Shown in pieces: positions 41,881 through 57,699 of a stretch of DNA of 64,000 nt. The number at the start of each line of letters is the position of its first letter. The stretch's first letter is position 1. This DNA comes from Octopus vulgaris (Eukaryota): contig OX597828.1 in NCBI GenBank assembly GCA_951406725.2, positions 50,158,001 through 50,222,000 of the forward strand, given 5' to 3'. The translations under genes and the position numbers were made by a program. Under the pieces are notes generated by a model. The model was given only the letters and a program-made list of their open reading frames with translations, was not told the origin of the DNA and searched no databases.

Positions 41881-43030
41881 TACGACGGTTGTCCCGAAAG
41901 CTGTACGAAAGTGAGAGTATTAAGTGACATAAGCCATTGAAGTTGCACATGCTGGTTGAGTAACTTTTCATACAAAGATGCTACTTACCATGACCTCTAT
42001 CATATGCGGTTCATTTGCGACAATGTTCAATCCAACGCTCGACTGTTCTTTGAAAATGCTCTGTTGTGTGCTATTGTACCTAATTTTTCATCTCGACTGC
42101 CATCAAATCGTTGTCCCAAAGACTGTCTTCCATTGAACCGAACAGGTGGAAGTGAAATAGCGGTAGACCCGTGGTGGACGGTGGATGGGAGACTTCTTTG
42201 TCAATTGCTTTTGTAACCGAAGTTGCGTGTGGTCACTTCAGATTCTAGTTCTATTTCTACCTTTTAATGGCTTCTCTAAACCACGTTCCAGAAAAACGGA
42301 GAACGACGCCTTTGTCTTTCCCCAATAATGGTTCTTGAATTGAGGAAAATGTGTGACGCCATTTTATGGTATGAGCCTTCGTTTCCGGATCATAAAGATA
42401 CACCCACGTTCTCATCCCCTGTCATCAAATCGGAGAAGAACGTTTTCTCATTAGTTTCAAACGCTTCCAGCAGAACAAAGCACACTTCCACCCTTCTCTA
42501 CTTCAAATCGGGTGTCAGTAGTCGAGTTACCCACTTCTCACTCATTTTCTGTTACCTAAAGTTTTCTACTATTTCCCGTAATGCCTTGTGATCACAGTCT
42601 GGTTCTATAACATGTTCACGGATCGTGTCTTGTCTGTCCGTGTAAATGAATTTGTTTACTCGTTTGTGATTCGTGTCAGTAAAGCATAAATGATGATTTC
42701 CTACCGTGTCTCTTCTCTTCAATACTTGTTTCTATTTCTTTAAAATTCTTCGTCCATCTGTGCGCATTCCTCTTATCAACAATATCATCTCAGTAAACAA
42801 AATGTAGCCTTCTGTGGATGATGGACAACCAGCACCCTTCCTTTGTCAAAAACTCAGGGATAACCTATTGCTTCTGCTGGAACCAATTATTTGCCTGCAA
42901 TGGAGAAGAACATGAAGGAGAGTTCCAATAGAGGAAAATTTATTCTACCAACATCTGCAATTAAAATGAACTACGTCCGTTAATGAATAAGTTATGTTCC
43001 CTTTGGATTACATTCGGTACAACCCTCTTA
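41881..43030 (-). mobile_element. Degenerate mariner-type transposon
   Basis: TGDE(T)WV motif; imperfect TIRs tacgacggttgtcccgaaag / cattcggtacaaccctctta (16/20). Confidence 0.7.
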
Positions 43031-43559
43031 AATGGTTAACAATTTCTGAAAAGTCTCTGTATATAGTTAACTTGGCTAACCTGAATTGGTTTATTATATT
43101 TTCTCAGCGCTGTGAATCAACTAGAACTGCAAAACAGATGGACGATCGATAGTCGCTTTTCCTATCAATGTCGGCGCTATTGTTGTTGCTAATGTACTGC
43201 TGTCGTTGGCGTTGTTGTATTCTTGTTGTTGTTAGCGGTGTGAATATTATGTTTTGTTATTGTTGTTGTTATTGTTGAACACTTTCAATATTTTGATTGA
43301 CTAACCAAATTATAATTAACTAAAATTAAAATTGTTTATCTTTTGACAACCCGGTTGAGTTAATAAGGAAATTCTAATGAATTAATAACTTGTATTTTAT
43401 TCCAACTATTGGATTTTAATTTTTACCAAAATTAAGTGAAATTTTCTGGATACCCACCCCCGCCACAGACAGAGTCAATTGCAGGAATACACGTACACAC
43501 ATATATGATTTATACACATACAAACGTAAGTATATTTATTTACATACAAGATACCCCTT

Positions 43560-44893
43560 ATAAGAATTCCTATTCTCTATCCCAACTCATTATATCTGGT
43601 CTGTTGCGCTTATATTTTATTGAAATCTCCACTGGGACATTCCACCAGTATTCCTTTTTATTATTAGTGGCTATGGCTTATACCATACTGTGGGTTCTTA
43701 TTATTTTTGACTTCGGGATTATCCTTCCGATGGATTTTATTATAGAGTGTGCTAGCTACAACATCATGTCTCATTGGTAGATAATACTGTGATGACATTT
43801 TGGACGACTGCTTATGATATCTTCAGTGTGAGCTCCACAAAGTCTACATCGGTTATCACATTTTACTGCTTTTCCTGCATCTCTATCCCTTTTGTGCATC
43901 AGGTATTTGCTTGATCTTTCCTGTTCCTGGATTGCAAACGCATACCCTTCAACGTGAGAGGTAGTAATCCGGCTATTGGTCCATGATAGACTGCTTTGAT
44001 GATCGATGTTACTATTATCTCGGAGCCTTCTAACAAATCCATGCATGGTCTTCTGCTCATATAGGTTCATCCTTTCATCTGATGATACGTTGCGGCAGAG
44101 TCGTGCGACTTCTTTTGGCATGTATTCTAGGTTATAAGACAAAGAATGTTGCTCAAGGAGCTGCCTTCCAAGTCTTATGATGTTATCAGCCTCATGTGTG
44201 CAAACTTGGTCAAGGGATGAAATTCAACACTTGGTGGTTAAAAGATGTTGCCGAAGGGATATGATACGACATTCAAAGGCATTCTGGATCAATGTTAAGC
44301 ATCTGCCGGCTTGTTTTCATTTTAGGTAGTGGCGGTCTACGTCACTGTTTACGTGGAAATTATGTGTGTTTGTTAGTATTTTTCGGGTTTTCACATCAAT
44401 GGCTGGGATCTCATCAATCCTCCAATCAAGCACCCCAAATGTTGGTATGACTACTGGCACTGCAAACTCCTTGTGGTCCACTGTTTTATTGAATGCAGAG
44501 AGTTTTGAGTTTCAAATTTTCTTTATTTTGCTGTAATATTCTTTAGTGACACATGCTTTGTTACAGGTGTCATGGTAAGATATGTTTTCATCCACCCCTA
44601 GATACCTGTAACATTCCTCGTCATATATAGGGAAAACAGAGTTTACATCATTGATGGAGATGTTGGTAATCTGGTTTTTAGTTTCCCCCCTTTTCACACC
44701 CATATAACAACATTTATCCTGATCAAGCTCCAACCATACATTCTTTGAACATCTTGTAACTAGGTCAAGGCCCTTTTTCATCTCATGCATATTTTTTGCA
44801 TAAAGTTTCAAGTCATCCACAAAGAAGCAGCGTGTAATTTTGGTATTCCCGTTTCCTTGTGAACCAGTGAAATATCCTTCAGACTTCCTTAAC
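43560..44893 (-). mobile_element. RLE-type non-LTR retrotransposon relic (RT, zinc finger, start of endonuclease)
   Basis: FFVDDLKLYAK, YRYLGV, EGYAFAIQEQ, CRLCG motifs; stops and frameshifts. Confidence 0.8.
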
Positions 44894-45348
44894 ATGTATG
44901 TATGTATGTATGTATGTATGTATGTATGTATGTATGTATGTATGTATGTATGTATGTATGTATGTATGTATGTATGTATGTATGTATGTATCCCATGAGT
45001 GGATTCCTCATGTGTTTAAATGTACACTGTATCTTATGACTAATAAGTAGTCTTTTGGACTAAATTTTTACACGTTAGACCACTGGAAATGTAAATTTTA
45101 ATTAATTCTATTTCCCTTTGATATGATTAAATATTGTATGTATGTATGTATGTATGTATGTATGTATGTATGTATGTATGTATGTATGTATGTATGTATG
45201 TATGTATGTATGTATGTATGTATGCATGTATGTATGTATGTATGTATGTATGTATGTATGTATGTATGTATGTATGTGCGTATGTATGTATGTATGTATG
45301 TATGTATGTATGTATGTATGTATGCATGTATGTATGTATGTATGTATG

Positions 45349-45377
<29 letters not shown>
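44894..45377. repeat. Two (TATG)n tracts
   Basis: Direct reading. Confidence 0.9.
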
Positions 45378-45379
<2 letters not shown>

Positions 45380-45931
45380 GCACGCACGTACGTAATTATG
45401 CGACATCATTCCTTCTTGATGGTAAATATATGAACTGAGTCATAATGACCTGCACAGAAAAAGTTATACTGCTATTACAGAGAAAAGTAGTTATACCCAG
45501 AAAATACAGTATATGATAAATGAAATACATCTCGGCTTCACTAGCTTAATATGATTAAGATAATTCCAGGATCAGCAGGCTGGTCGTCGTAATTGCTACA
45601 CTATATACTAACGGTTGTCATAGATGCAAGCTTTGTTTATCAGGAAAGTTTAATAATTAAACCGTGAATTAAACGGAATCAAACAAATCGTCTGAGCTGA
45701 TCTCCGATTGGCCCAGCGTAACTGTATCTGTAAAGGCTGTTTAAACTTGATGACATTTTCTGATCTAGTTCTGTTGGCTCCTATCAAGTTTTTTGTATTA
45801 TTATTATTATGACTGAGTGAGAGAGGAACGCATGCCATCAAAGTGACACTGGGGTACAAATATACGAAGCCCAATATAGCCATCATGACTACCCGTACAA
45901 TAAGTACCACTGTCTGGTACTGAATCAAAGC

Positions 45932-45989
<58 letters not shown>

Positions 45990-46019
45990 GTCATTTACTT
46001 TTAATCTGCATGCTTGATG

Positions 46020-46268
46020 CAATCACTTGCCGGGACACACCCAGCGCCCTAGGGCAAGTGAAGGTTAAGAGTTGTTGAAATATAGCTGAAAGCTTGGGGA
46101 GGGGAAGTAGAGAAATATCTCCATGTAATACAAACACAAACATTTACATTGATAGGGTTTTTCTAAGGATGTGGGCAGTACTTGTTAGCACAATCTTTTG
46201 GATTTCCTTGAGACATGGTTCTCCAGGGATATTGTCTAGGTGTTTCTGACATCCCTTTTTTATCATAC
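46020..46268 (-). mobile_element. RLE LINE 3' end (family of 34277-34640)
   Basis: Reverse-complement homology; flanked by (TTA)n. Confidence 0.7.
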
Positions 46269-46277
46269 CTATTATTA

Positions 46278-46429
<152 letters not shown>

Positions 46430-46583
46430 GCTGTTGTTGTTTCCGCACCGGAAAAATGATTGGCGGCATTTCTTCCAACTATACGCTCTGAGTTCAGATC
46501 GATGAATTAAGAACCATTCAAATGCTGGAGTCGATATAATCTCGACTAACCTCCTCCTCACAAATGTGCCTATAATAGAAAGG

Positions 46584-47525
<942 letters not shown>

Positions 47526-47526
47526 A

Positions 47527-48008
47527 TTTCTTCTTCTTCTTCTTCTTCTTCTTCTTCTTCTTCTTCTTCTTCTTCTTCTTCTTCTTCTTCTTCTCCTCCT
47601 CCTCCTCCTCCATCTCCTCCTTCCTCTCCTGCCCTCCTCCTCCTTCTCCTCTTTCCACCCTCCCCTCTCCTCCTCCTCCTTCTCCTCTTCCCACCCCCCT
47701 TCTTCTCTGCTTTGAGTCCTCTTCCCCTCCCCCTTCTGCTCTTCTCATCCTCACCTTCTTCTTCCCCCTCCTCCTCCTCCTCCTCCTCCTCCTTCTTCTT
47801 CTTCTTCTTCTTCTTCTTCTCCTTCTCCTCCTCCTCCACCACCACCACCACCTCCTCCTCTTCCCCTCCTCCTCCTTCTGCTTTTCTCATCCTCCCCTTC
47901 TTCCCCCTACCCCTACCCCCTACCCCCTCCCTCTCCCCTTCTTCTTCTTCTTCTTCTTCTTCTTCTTCTTCTTCTTCTTCTTCTTCTTCTTCTTCTTCTT
48001 CTTCTTCT
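47527..48008. repeat. (TTC)n/(CCT)n polypyrimidine tract
   Basis: Direct reading. Confidence 0.9.
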
Positions 48009-48375
48009 ATCGTGGTGTCTTTTTAACCTATTCGAAAATTCCCTTTCCCCTATTTACATTAATGTATTCCTTTCAACATATCGATATAACACACTTTTTG
48101 TGAGATCGCTTGTTTGTTTATTAACAAGCACGCCAATAAACACAAATATCGAGAGTTAAATATTCTTCTCACGTCTGCTATCCTATCCTTGCACTTTCGT
48201 AATACTTCGTTTAATTTCCCAGCCACACGCAACATTGATTATGATATTTCAGTTTCATCTCGACTGTCACATTCTTTCTGCTAACCAAGCAAAAACAACA
48301 ACAACAAAAAAGGATCTTCAAATCCTTAATATACAGAATCAAAATTATTTTAGCATTTGTAAATTTTCTATACTC

Positions 48376-49121
<746 letters not shown>

Positions 49122-49459
49122 CTGGCGGCATTTTGTCTGACGCTCTACTGATCCTGTCATTCTTTACTAAATGCATAATGATTGCTAACATAGGTACAAG
49201 GTCACGGATATGGGCCGACGGTAACAGTAGATTTATATATCAATCTCCCAGTACTTGGTTGTCACCACTTTAACAACAATCATGTTAACAACACCAGACA
49301 AAATGTGTGTCTGTGTATATTTAAAAAACTTGTGTTGCAGACGATATGTGTGTCTGTGATTTGAAGTAGATTTGACTGCCACTTTTAGTGGCTCGAGCAA
49401 TCTATTTAGGTTCCCTCTTGGCTTTAATCTAGAGGATGATAGAGTCACCGATGTAGGTG

Positions 49460-49797
49460 TTAAGGGTAAAGAGGTAAAGACCTCCTTCAGTCATGAATGA
49501 CCATGAGATTGCACGTAGAAAGTCTCCCCCTAGGCACAGGTCCGGGCAAAGTTGTTAATGGAGGATTAGCAGTCGCTCATACATACCCCTCTCCATGCCA
49601 CTGATGTTATCCAAACGAAAGGCAAAGGCCGATACAGCTTTGCACCAATGACTTCGCAACTCATTTCTATCACTGACTGAGCTGGAGGAAGGTGGAATAA
49701 AGTGTCTTGTTCAAGAACACAACACAATCTGGGAAACGAACTCACTACCTCATGATTGTGAGCCCTGCATTCTAACCACTGAGCCGTGTGCCTTCAC
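49460..49797 (-). mobile_element. Older tRNA-headed SINE
   Basis: Minus-strand head gtgaaggcacacggctcagtggttag...gagttcgtttccc. Confidence 0.55.
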
Positions 49798-50964
49798 ATT
49801 GGGAGCAATCATTCAATAATTCTATGGGAAAGGCATGAATGCTGCGGCAGTATCGTTTCTTCACTGCATATCCAGATTAAGGAAAATGTATGTCGTTTAT
49901 GCGGTGAAAGATGCTAAATGGCAATAAACAAGTTCCCTTCTCTAGCATCACTACCACCTTCCTCATAACTAATAACGTTATGACACTTTAATCGTGTAAA
50001 AATATTTGGGTGGTTAAGTGAAAACCAGAATCACTTTATGATACACAAGTATAACGACTAGAGATTTTTGCATGACATTTCTTTAGCATAACGAATCATT
50101 AATATTTGGTTGGTCTTATTGACTTGAATCGCCGATGGAATGGAGGTTTGTGATATTCATGACATTTTGAGAGATAATGCTTTCATTAGAAACGGAGCCA
50201 GAAAGAGATCACTCGTTCAACATGTACTAGAAATGCCATTAAAAACCGTAGTAACTGTATAAATATAAAACCATGACAATAATTAGTTTAGCGAAGCATA
50301 TTATATGCTGAAAAGAACTTAAGTCTTGTTAAGGATGCTATGAAAAGTTATCGAGTAAAAGAGACATAAATATGTAAAGACCTGTTACTGGATCGCTAAT
50401 CTTCGCCAGTTTTCGCTTCACACCTTGCAATTAGATATAAATGCTCAACAGAGGAGAGATGTTAAGAAGTGGCGCTGTTTTTGTTTCTCTCTCATTGGGT
50501 GAGCAAGAAAGAGTACAATAAAGACGACGATAATGACGGTGATGGTGATGACATCTTTATTGGCGACAAGGACCTAGGGATTAATGCAAAGTATGTGATA
50601 CAGTTGGGTTACAAAAATATGTGGGGGGTGTACATTTACGATACAGATAGGCTGAAATGGAAAAAAAACACGCTATACAACATGAAAAACAAGTTAAATA
50701 TTTAACAAAGGCACCCATCCACAAAAAGAGAAAAAGTCGCCATCTTGGGAGGATCAGATCAACATTGAACTTTGATTCCGGTTACATTTTGCTCCGGCAA
50801 TTGCTTACTTTCTCCCGACTGCAGCTGAGAGGCAGACTTCACAATAATTGATTTTCTCGACCTCGTATATTTCGAATTCAGATGGTAGTATTTTCGGTTT
50901 TAAATGAGCTGTGATGCCTTTCACATCATTTGAAGAGGAGTGCGCCTTTAGCAGAGTGCGCAAG

Positions 50965-51103
50965 AGGCCAGCAATTTCAGGTTGAGGTAAGTCGATCACA
51001 TCGACCCCAGTGTTCAACTGGTACTTATTTTATCGAGCCCGGAAAGATGAAAGGCAAAGTCGACCTCAGCGGAATTTGAACGATTCTGCCTGCTCCCTAC
51101 CTT
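50965..51103 (-). mobile_element. SINE family B fragment
   Basis: Meta-like core. Confidence 0.7.
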
Positions 51104-52350
51104 AAATAAATATAAAGAGCATATACACGTTATTATACTAGTATGTTTTCCCTAAAATTCCTTTATTTTGGAGATTCGATATGATACGTCCTTTATTTCC
51201 TCTCCAGTCAGTACAGTAGGCTTTTTGTCGCCATTTAATTTTTCAACAGTTGGTATTAGGTTGTCGTTATTCCTTTTGAGAACCGAAAAGTTCAAGTTCT
51301 GTGAGCGGTCATTGCTTCTTTGCTCAGCGGTTTCGGGGAACACGCTGTCTTTGGTTTCCTATTTTGTTCCTTCCCTTTTCCTTTCTGTGCTTTTCGAAGG
51401 TTTTCCATTTTCCTCCAGTTCTATCTCCTCCCTAAACACCATAAATCGATAAGTCGGAACTACTGATTGGTGCCTCTAGTCTGCCCTATAACTCTGGCTG
51501 GCCCTGAGTTGGATGGGAAACTGGCGCTTTCTAACATGTGCCATTAGCAAAACCATAGTATGCGTTAAGAAGCCATATTCGCTCGCGAGTGACGGCTGAC
51601 TATTGTTTTTTTTTATTTTCCAGGCTAGCAATTGACCAGCAGACTGTGCTTAAATGCGTTCTAGGCAGGACGATTCAATGTCCAGTTAGATAAAAAGGAA
51701 TCTCGGCAAACTGTTTTCGTCAGTAAGACTTTTATTATTTGTAAGATTTACAGAAAAAGTACGGTGGAATTATTGTGGTGTCTGGAGCATCGAACGCTTT
51801 CTTCAGCGTAAAGATGACGGGAGGAAAACAAAAACAAAAACACAGCAGAGTTTTACCACCAATTCCCCGTACATAGAGGATGTACAATTCCGTTGGCCTT
51901 AGTTTATTCCCCACCTGTTATCTTTATCCTGAAGGAAGAATCTGTACGAAATATTTGATATTCCAATTCCAGCAGCAATTTCACTGTATACTTCTTGTTG
52001 CCTTTTCCAAATACAATTTAGATGCAGTGTACCTTGAATTACATCTGTAAATGTATCATTTCTTTTTTTGAAGACAGCTAGGTACGGTGTAAGGGAGATT
52101 TAAGAGATGTTCGTTTATCTGTTCTTTATAATGAGGGATTTAGATATAGAGATGCCTGGAATCTAAGCCGACTGCTATGATAAAATGAATGATTGTTCAT
52201 TTGTGAGGGTGGTGTTGTCGGTGGTGATAATAATAGGAAGAGGTGATTTGGCATAAAAGAATGGAGTACAGGGAAGTAACAGAGGAATTGCAACGGTGGG
52301 ATGAGAATGGAGGGGAAGGAGTGTGCGTGCGTGCGTGTGTGTGTGCGTGC

Positions 52351-52400
<50 letters not shown>

Positions 52401-52598
52401 ATTGGACAACGCGAAGTGTTGTTGGTAGTTTGGTTAGAGGAAAATAAATTAAGCGGTGCCCAACGGATACTTTTTTCATACAGAAATAAATACACATATA
52501 CGCGTACACACTCGCACACACATACACATACAACCATGTGAGAGTAACTACGCATACATATAGAAAAATTCATTGAGTAATATAAATATACGCTAGCA

Positions 52599-52636
<38 letters not shown>

Positions 52637-52690
52637 TTCGTTTATGGATTTGGTTTGCAAGATTCTTTATGTGAGTTTGTGTGTTGAAGC

Positions 52691-52871
52691 ATATTCTGTT
52701 GTGTCTGGGGAGAGTCATTTTCTTTTTGTGCCTTATAATGTAACACACTCACCGGTAAAATCGCCACTTATTTCTTATTTTTCTTTTCCTAAAATTTTCG
52801 TTGCGTCTTGCAACCGTTTCAGTAGTCTTGACTCAAAAAGAAAACGACTCTCCTCAGACACAACAGAGTAT
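52691..52871. repeat. 38-bp inverted repeat inside a TA-flanked island
   Basis: 52691-52728 vs 52834-52871, about 3 mismatches. Confidence 0.8.
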
Positions 52872-53236
52872 ATATATATGCATATACTCATATACACATA
52901 CATATAAATATATACATACACATAATTTTTCTTAACGTTCTTTTGTATGCGTTCTACGAATTTAACCAATTTTGGATTGCGTTAATAACGTTGTGTTAAT
53001 ATATATTTTCGGGTGTTTTTGCTTCTCTCATTTAATTGTAGGTTTTCCCTTTTGGGATTACCGTTGCTTTTTGAACTGTTATACAACTTTTGCAGTTTTC
53101 TGTGTCTTCTGGACGCATTGCCTGCTTTAGCAGGTTCGTCTTTTGTACTAATTCTCCCTGCTTAGGGACGAATTGTGTTCCTATGTGGAAAATATTTTAC
53201 ACAATCAATACAACATGGAAGTTGACGCCTCCCAGT

Positions 53237-53280
<44 letters not shown>

Positions 53281-53776
53281 AGACTACTTCTGTCCACGAC
53301 TCTTTCACCACCGACTCGGACTCAAAGTCACATTCGGCACAAACATCAGCCGAGGAGACTGGATAGAAACTGACGAACCCAATGCTCGGATACGAGCTGG
53401 AGCCGACAATAGTATAGTTAGTTAGACAAGTAGAAACACGATTATCTATGACTGACTTCGTCGACTTCCCGAAGACTCGGCTTCCTACGTCATAGTATTT
53501 GTAACGACATCACATACCACTCGTCATGTGGAAGGGCTATTCTAGTATGATAATTATTATCCCCATAACAGTGTTATTAGCTGAAACGCTTCAAGGACTG
53601 AGGGACCTTTGTTTACTGCTGATGCTTTATCACTGACAAGAGCGTTAGTACGAAACTCTTAGCCTTTAAGGTATTATAGATTCTCGGTGAATAATATACA
53701 TGCAAACATAATGCATACATACAAACATACGTACATACATACACAGATAATACATACATATATATATGTTTATGGA

Positions 53777-53830
<54 letters not shown>

Positions 53831-53845
53831 GAGAGCGAGAGCGTG

Positions 53846-53895
<50 letters not shown>

Positions 53896-54708
53896 GTTGC
53901 CTTGTAGTCATCGTTCGTTATTGTTTCAAGTCCGTGTGAATCAATGCATTTGCTGAATTTATTCGCTTTTCAAGGATTATTTTTAATGGAATGAAAATAA
54001 GTAGTATTCCTGGAAGCCGCTACGAATTGCACACTAGATATGTGGCTTGGAGTCACATTCTGCAAGAAGCTGGAAAAAAATATAATGAAAACTTACAGCA
54101 TTTACTTAAATTGTTTTACCGAGCAAAATCAATTTCTCTTGCTGTATTTGTTATTTTATCTTTTGTACATCTGCTTTCAGTATCAGTCGGCTGCACCATG
54201 TCCAAAAAACAAAAAAACCAAACATATCTAATTCTCAGTTTTGTCAATTCAACTGGAATACACGCGCCATCGAGTCGCACAGTTCATTGAGAGAGAACCA
54301 TTGATCTTACTGTATACTTTGGATGTTTTCGAGTGTATCTGTCAGCTTATACGTACATACAAACATACTTATATATAAACACACACACATGTATATATTT
54401 ATGAATGTATATAAATACGTATGTCATATATAATTAAGCGCACATACATATGTACACATATATAAGTACATATATAACCCTTTATAAGTAGACATATACA
54501 TACATGTCTGTATACGTAGACATATGCATACATACACACAGATATATGCATACATGTATACATACGTTTATACATACTTACATACATACATACATACATA
54601 CGTACAAAAATGTATTTATTTAAATCAGCAGAACCACCTTCCCAGGTGGTTTTCTTGTTTATGCAATACATATAACTTCTTATCTTTTAATACATTATCT
54701 CATAGGTT

Positions 54709-54810
<102 letters not shown>

Positions 54811-54814
54811 ATGC

Positions 54815-54846
<32 letters not shown>

Positions 54847-54990
54847 AGCAATAAAGATTCAAGTTAATTTAAATGAATTTACTTGAATATGGTACCTAAC
54901 TTAGATGCACCAAAAAAAACTATACTGATTTAACAATACAGTAATGTGGGGTAATTATAAGCGAGAATGAAGCAACAAGAATGGATAGGT

Positions 54991-55081
54991 TTTTAGTACA
55001 ATCGTTTCATACAAGGACAGGTTTTATTAAAAGTTGCAAAAATTACAGCATATAAACGTGTCCCGTACTCATCAGCTAAAA
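54991..55081 (-). ncRNA. Type I hammerhead ribozyme (left arm)
   Basis: Mirror of 55444-55534. Confidence 0.75.
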
Positions 55082-55443
55082 TACATGTGAGTTCTCTAGA
55101 CATCCTAGTGGTTGAGGCTATACTCATGAAGTAATGTAGATAATTAAGTAACATAAACAGATTTCAAAAGTTCGTTAAAGTTCTTTAAAGATGATGTACA
55201 GTCTTATCACAGAATTTTAAAAAAGTTTTAATAGCATCACAGAGGAGGTGACCTAATCCATAGTGCACATATGAATTTCCAGAGATGATGCTATTAAAAC
55301 TTTTTTAAAATTCTGTGATAAGACTGTACATCATCTTTAAAGAACTTTAACGAACTTTTGAAATCTGTTTATGTTACTTAATTATCTACATTACTTCATG
55401 AGTATAGCCTCAACCACTAGGATGTCTAGAGAACTCACACGTA

Positions 55444-55534
55444 TTTTAGCTGATGAGTACGGGACACGTTTATATGCTGTAATTTTTGCAACTTTTAATA
55501 AAACCTGTCCTTGTATGAAACGATTGTACTAAAA
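55444..55534 (+). ncRNA. Type I hammerhead ribozyme with extended stem II (right arm)
   Basis: ttttag-CTGATGA-gtacgggaca...tgtccttgtat-GAAA-cgattg-TA-ctaaaa; 6-bp stem I, intact core, GUA triplet. Confidence 0.8.
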
Positions 55535-55562
55535 ACCTATCCATTCTTGTTGCTTCATTCTC

Positions 55563-55623
<61 letters not shown>

Positions 55624-55624
55624 C

Positions 55625-55658
<34 letters not shown>

Positions 55659-55779
55659 ATGTATATATATATACATGTATATATATATGTGTAATATATG
55701 TATTATAAATACGTATATATACATATATACGTGATATATATATATATATTATATGTATGTACACCTGTACACATATATG

Positions 55780-55835
<56 letters not shown>

Positions 55836-55870
55836 ATCTGACTGTATATGTATATGTACATGTGAGTCCA

Positions 55871-55913
<43 letters not shown>

Positions 55914-56189
55914 CGGTATACGTCCAGTGAGACCATAACTAACTTTTTAAAAAGATCAAACCTATAAAATTATGAAAGAGAAACATAAATTAGTGAAACA
56001 ACGCAAACGGTTATGCGAAATATTAAATAAATAGATAAATGAATATGTAAATAAATATGTAAATAAGTAAGTAAATAAACAAATAATAGGAAAATGGCTT
56101 TAAAGTATTTAATAGTTGTTGAAAATGTTCAAAAGCTGAAATCTATAACAGTGTAATGAGAAAGTACATTGGTTCTAACTAAATAACTG

Positions 56190-56390
56190 AATGGTGGTTT
56201 AAATGACAAGACTCATTGGTAGAGTTTGCGATACAGCTGTGTGATGGTTTGAATGGCTCAACTCAATTGTAGCTTAAATGATACTGGTCACAGGTTGTTT
56301 AATGACTCAGCTCAGTGGTGGTATGAATGACTCAGCTGAGTTGTGGTTTATCTGATACTGGTCCAGGGGGTGGTTTAAATAACTGGCCTC
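56190..56390. repeat. Degenerate ~25-nt minisatellite (ggtggtttaaatgactcagctca-like)
   Basis: Recurring tggttt(a/g)aatga motif. Confidence 0.5.
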
Positions 56391-57054
56391 AAGGTAATCA
56401 TTACACCCAGTCCTTTCTACCATAATGTCTGCTTTTTAGAATTACCCCCCTACTTCTGTCTTTGTTTTAATTGCAACTGTCATCGGGAAACCATCCAAGG
56501 AAAACATCAAATAACTGTCTCGAAAGGGTTGCCAGAGTCATGGACTCATCCTTTTACATCGGGATGAGTCACTAAAAAATAAAGTAAAAAAAAAAAAAAA
56601 AAAAACGATACAAACTCGAACATGAAACTACAATAATAAATAAACTAAGAGTTATTAGAGAATCGATAGTATAACCTCGAAACCGCGGTCCGGTGCGTAT
56701 CACTTAGGCTTACGAGAAAGGGATGGCCTACCTTTGCAAATACAATAAGGGCACAGATAGTGTGCCTAAAGCCAGCTGGAGACGATGATCTCCTGGGGCT
56801 AAAAAGCTACAATACCCCCCCCCTTTGTGGTTAGTCATATTGAGATGGCTATTATACTTTACATTGTCGAGCGATTACTGTTTACATCTCGTTCTGAGAT
56901 TTAATAACGACAGTATTTTGAGAAGGGACTATCGCTTTACGTCAGGTTGATCATATTAGAAAGGAACTTTTCAAATCATGTATACACACTCACATACGTG
57001 TGTATGTATGTATGTACGTATACATCCATAATACATACATACGTAGTACATACT

Positions 57055-57110
<56 letters not shown>

Positions 57111-57260
57111 TTATGTATATGTATATGACGAAGGCAAGCAAGCTAAAACATCGATGTTACTGTCAACCTTTCCGTCCTTTTAAAATCTAATGAACATGAA
57201 CTCAATTTAATGAGTTTTATGTCAAATTACTTTTATATGTACCTTGACATAAACGCACGA

Positions 57261-57304
<44 letters not shown>

Positions 57305-57347
57305 AAACAGACACAGACACACAGACACACACACACACACACACACA

Positions 57348-57384
<37 letters not shown>

Positions 57385-57402
57385 ACAGACACACAGACAC
57401 AG

Positions 57403-57433
<31 letters not shown>

Positions 57434-57699
57434 ATTTTCCACCTTAGTCATTTCTATGAAACCATATCTTACCTATCATTAAATATCTATTTTGTCTTAC
57501 TGTGTAAATTTTGAATCGAATACGAAAAAAAAAAAATAAAGAAAAAGGAAAAAAACAAAACAAACGAAATATATAAAACCAAGGATGAAAAATACTACAC
57601 AAAAGAAATGGAACGAGGCGTTCCAGTTAGAATGAAGTGCTTTCACCTAGGGTAAATCAAAGAACGGACACAAATCCAGGATTACTCCGACCCCGAGGA

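Larger units (their letters stand above)
40367..43002 (+). repeat. Direct duplication, copy 1 (copy 2 = 61366-64000)
   Basis: Near-identical at offset ~20999; I counted about 10 differences by eye. Confidence 0.95.
54841..55563. mobile_element. Fold-back palindrome with an HHR in each arm, inserted in (TA)n
   Basis: 278-bp arms 54962-55239 and 55286-55563 (1 mismatch seen), 46-nt spacer, ~120 bp extra on the left arm. Confidence 0.9.

Noticed and set aside
51150-52100. Possible LINE ORF1 relic or host exon (minus strand)
   Set aside because: Charged low-complexity peptide with stops and no recognisable motif.
52920-53230. Possible Penelope GIY-YIG relic; similar hints at 58700-58880 and 61024-61227
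   Set aside because: Only vague resemblance; catalytic motifs are not readable.
53560-53670. Two HHR-like half motifs (tagctGAAAcgc; CTGACAA...cGAAActc)
   Set aside because: Cores and stems are incomplete.
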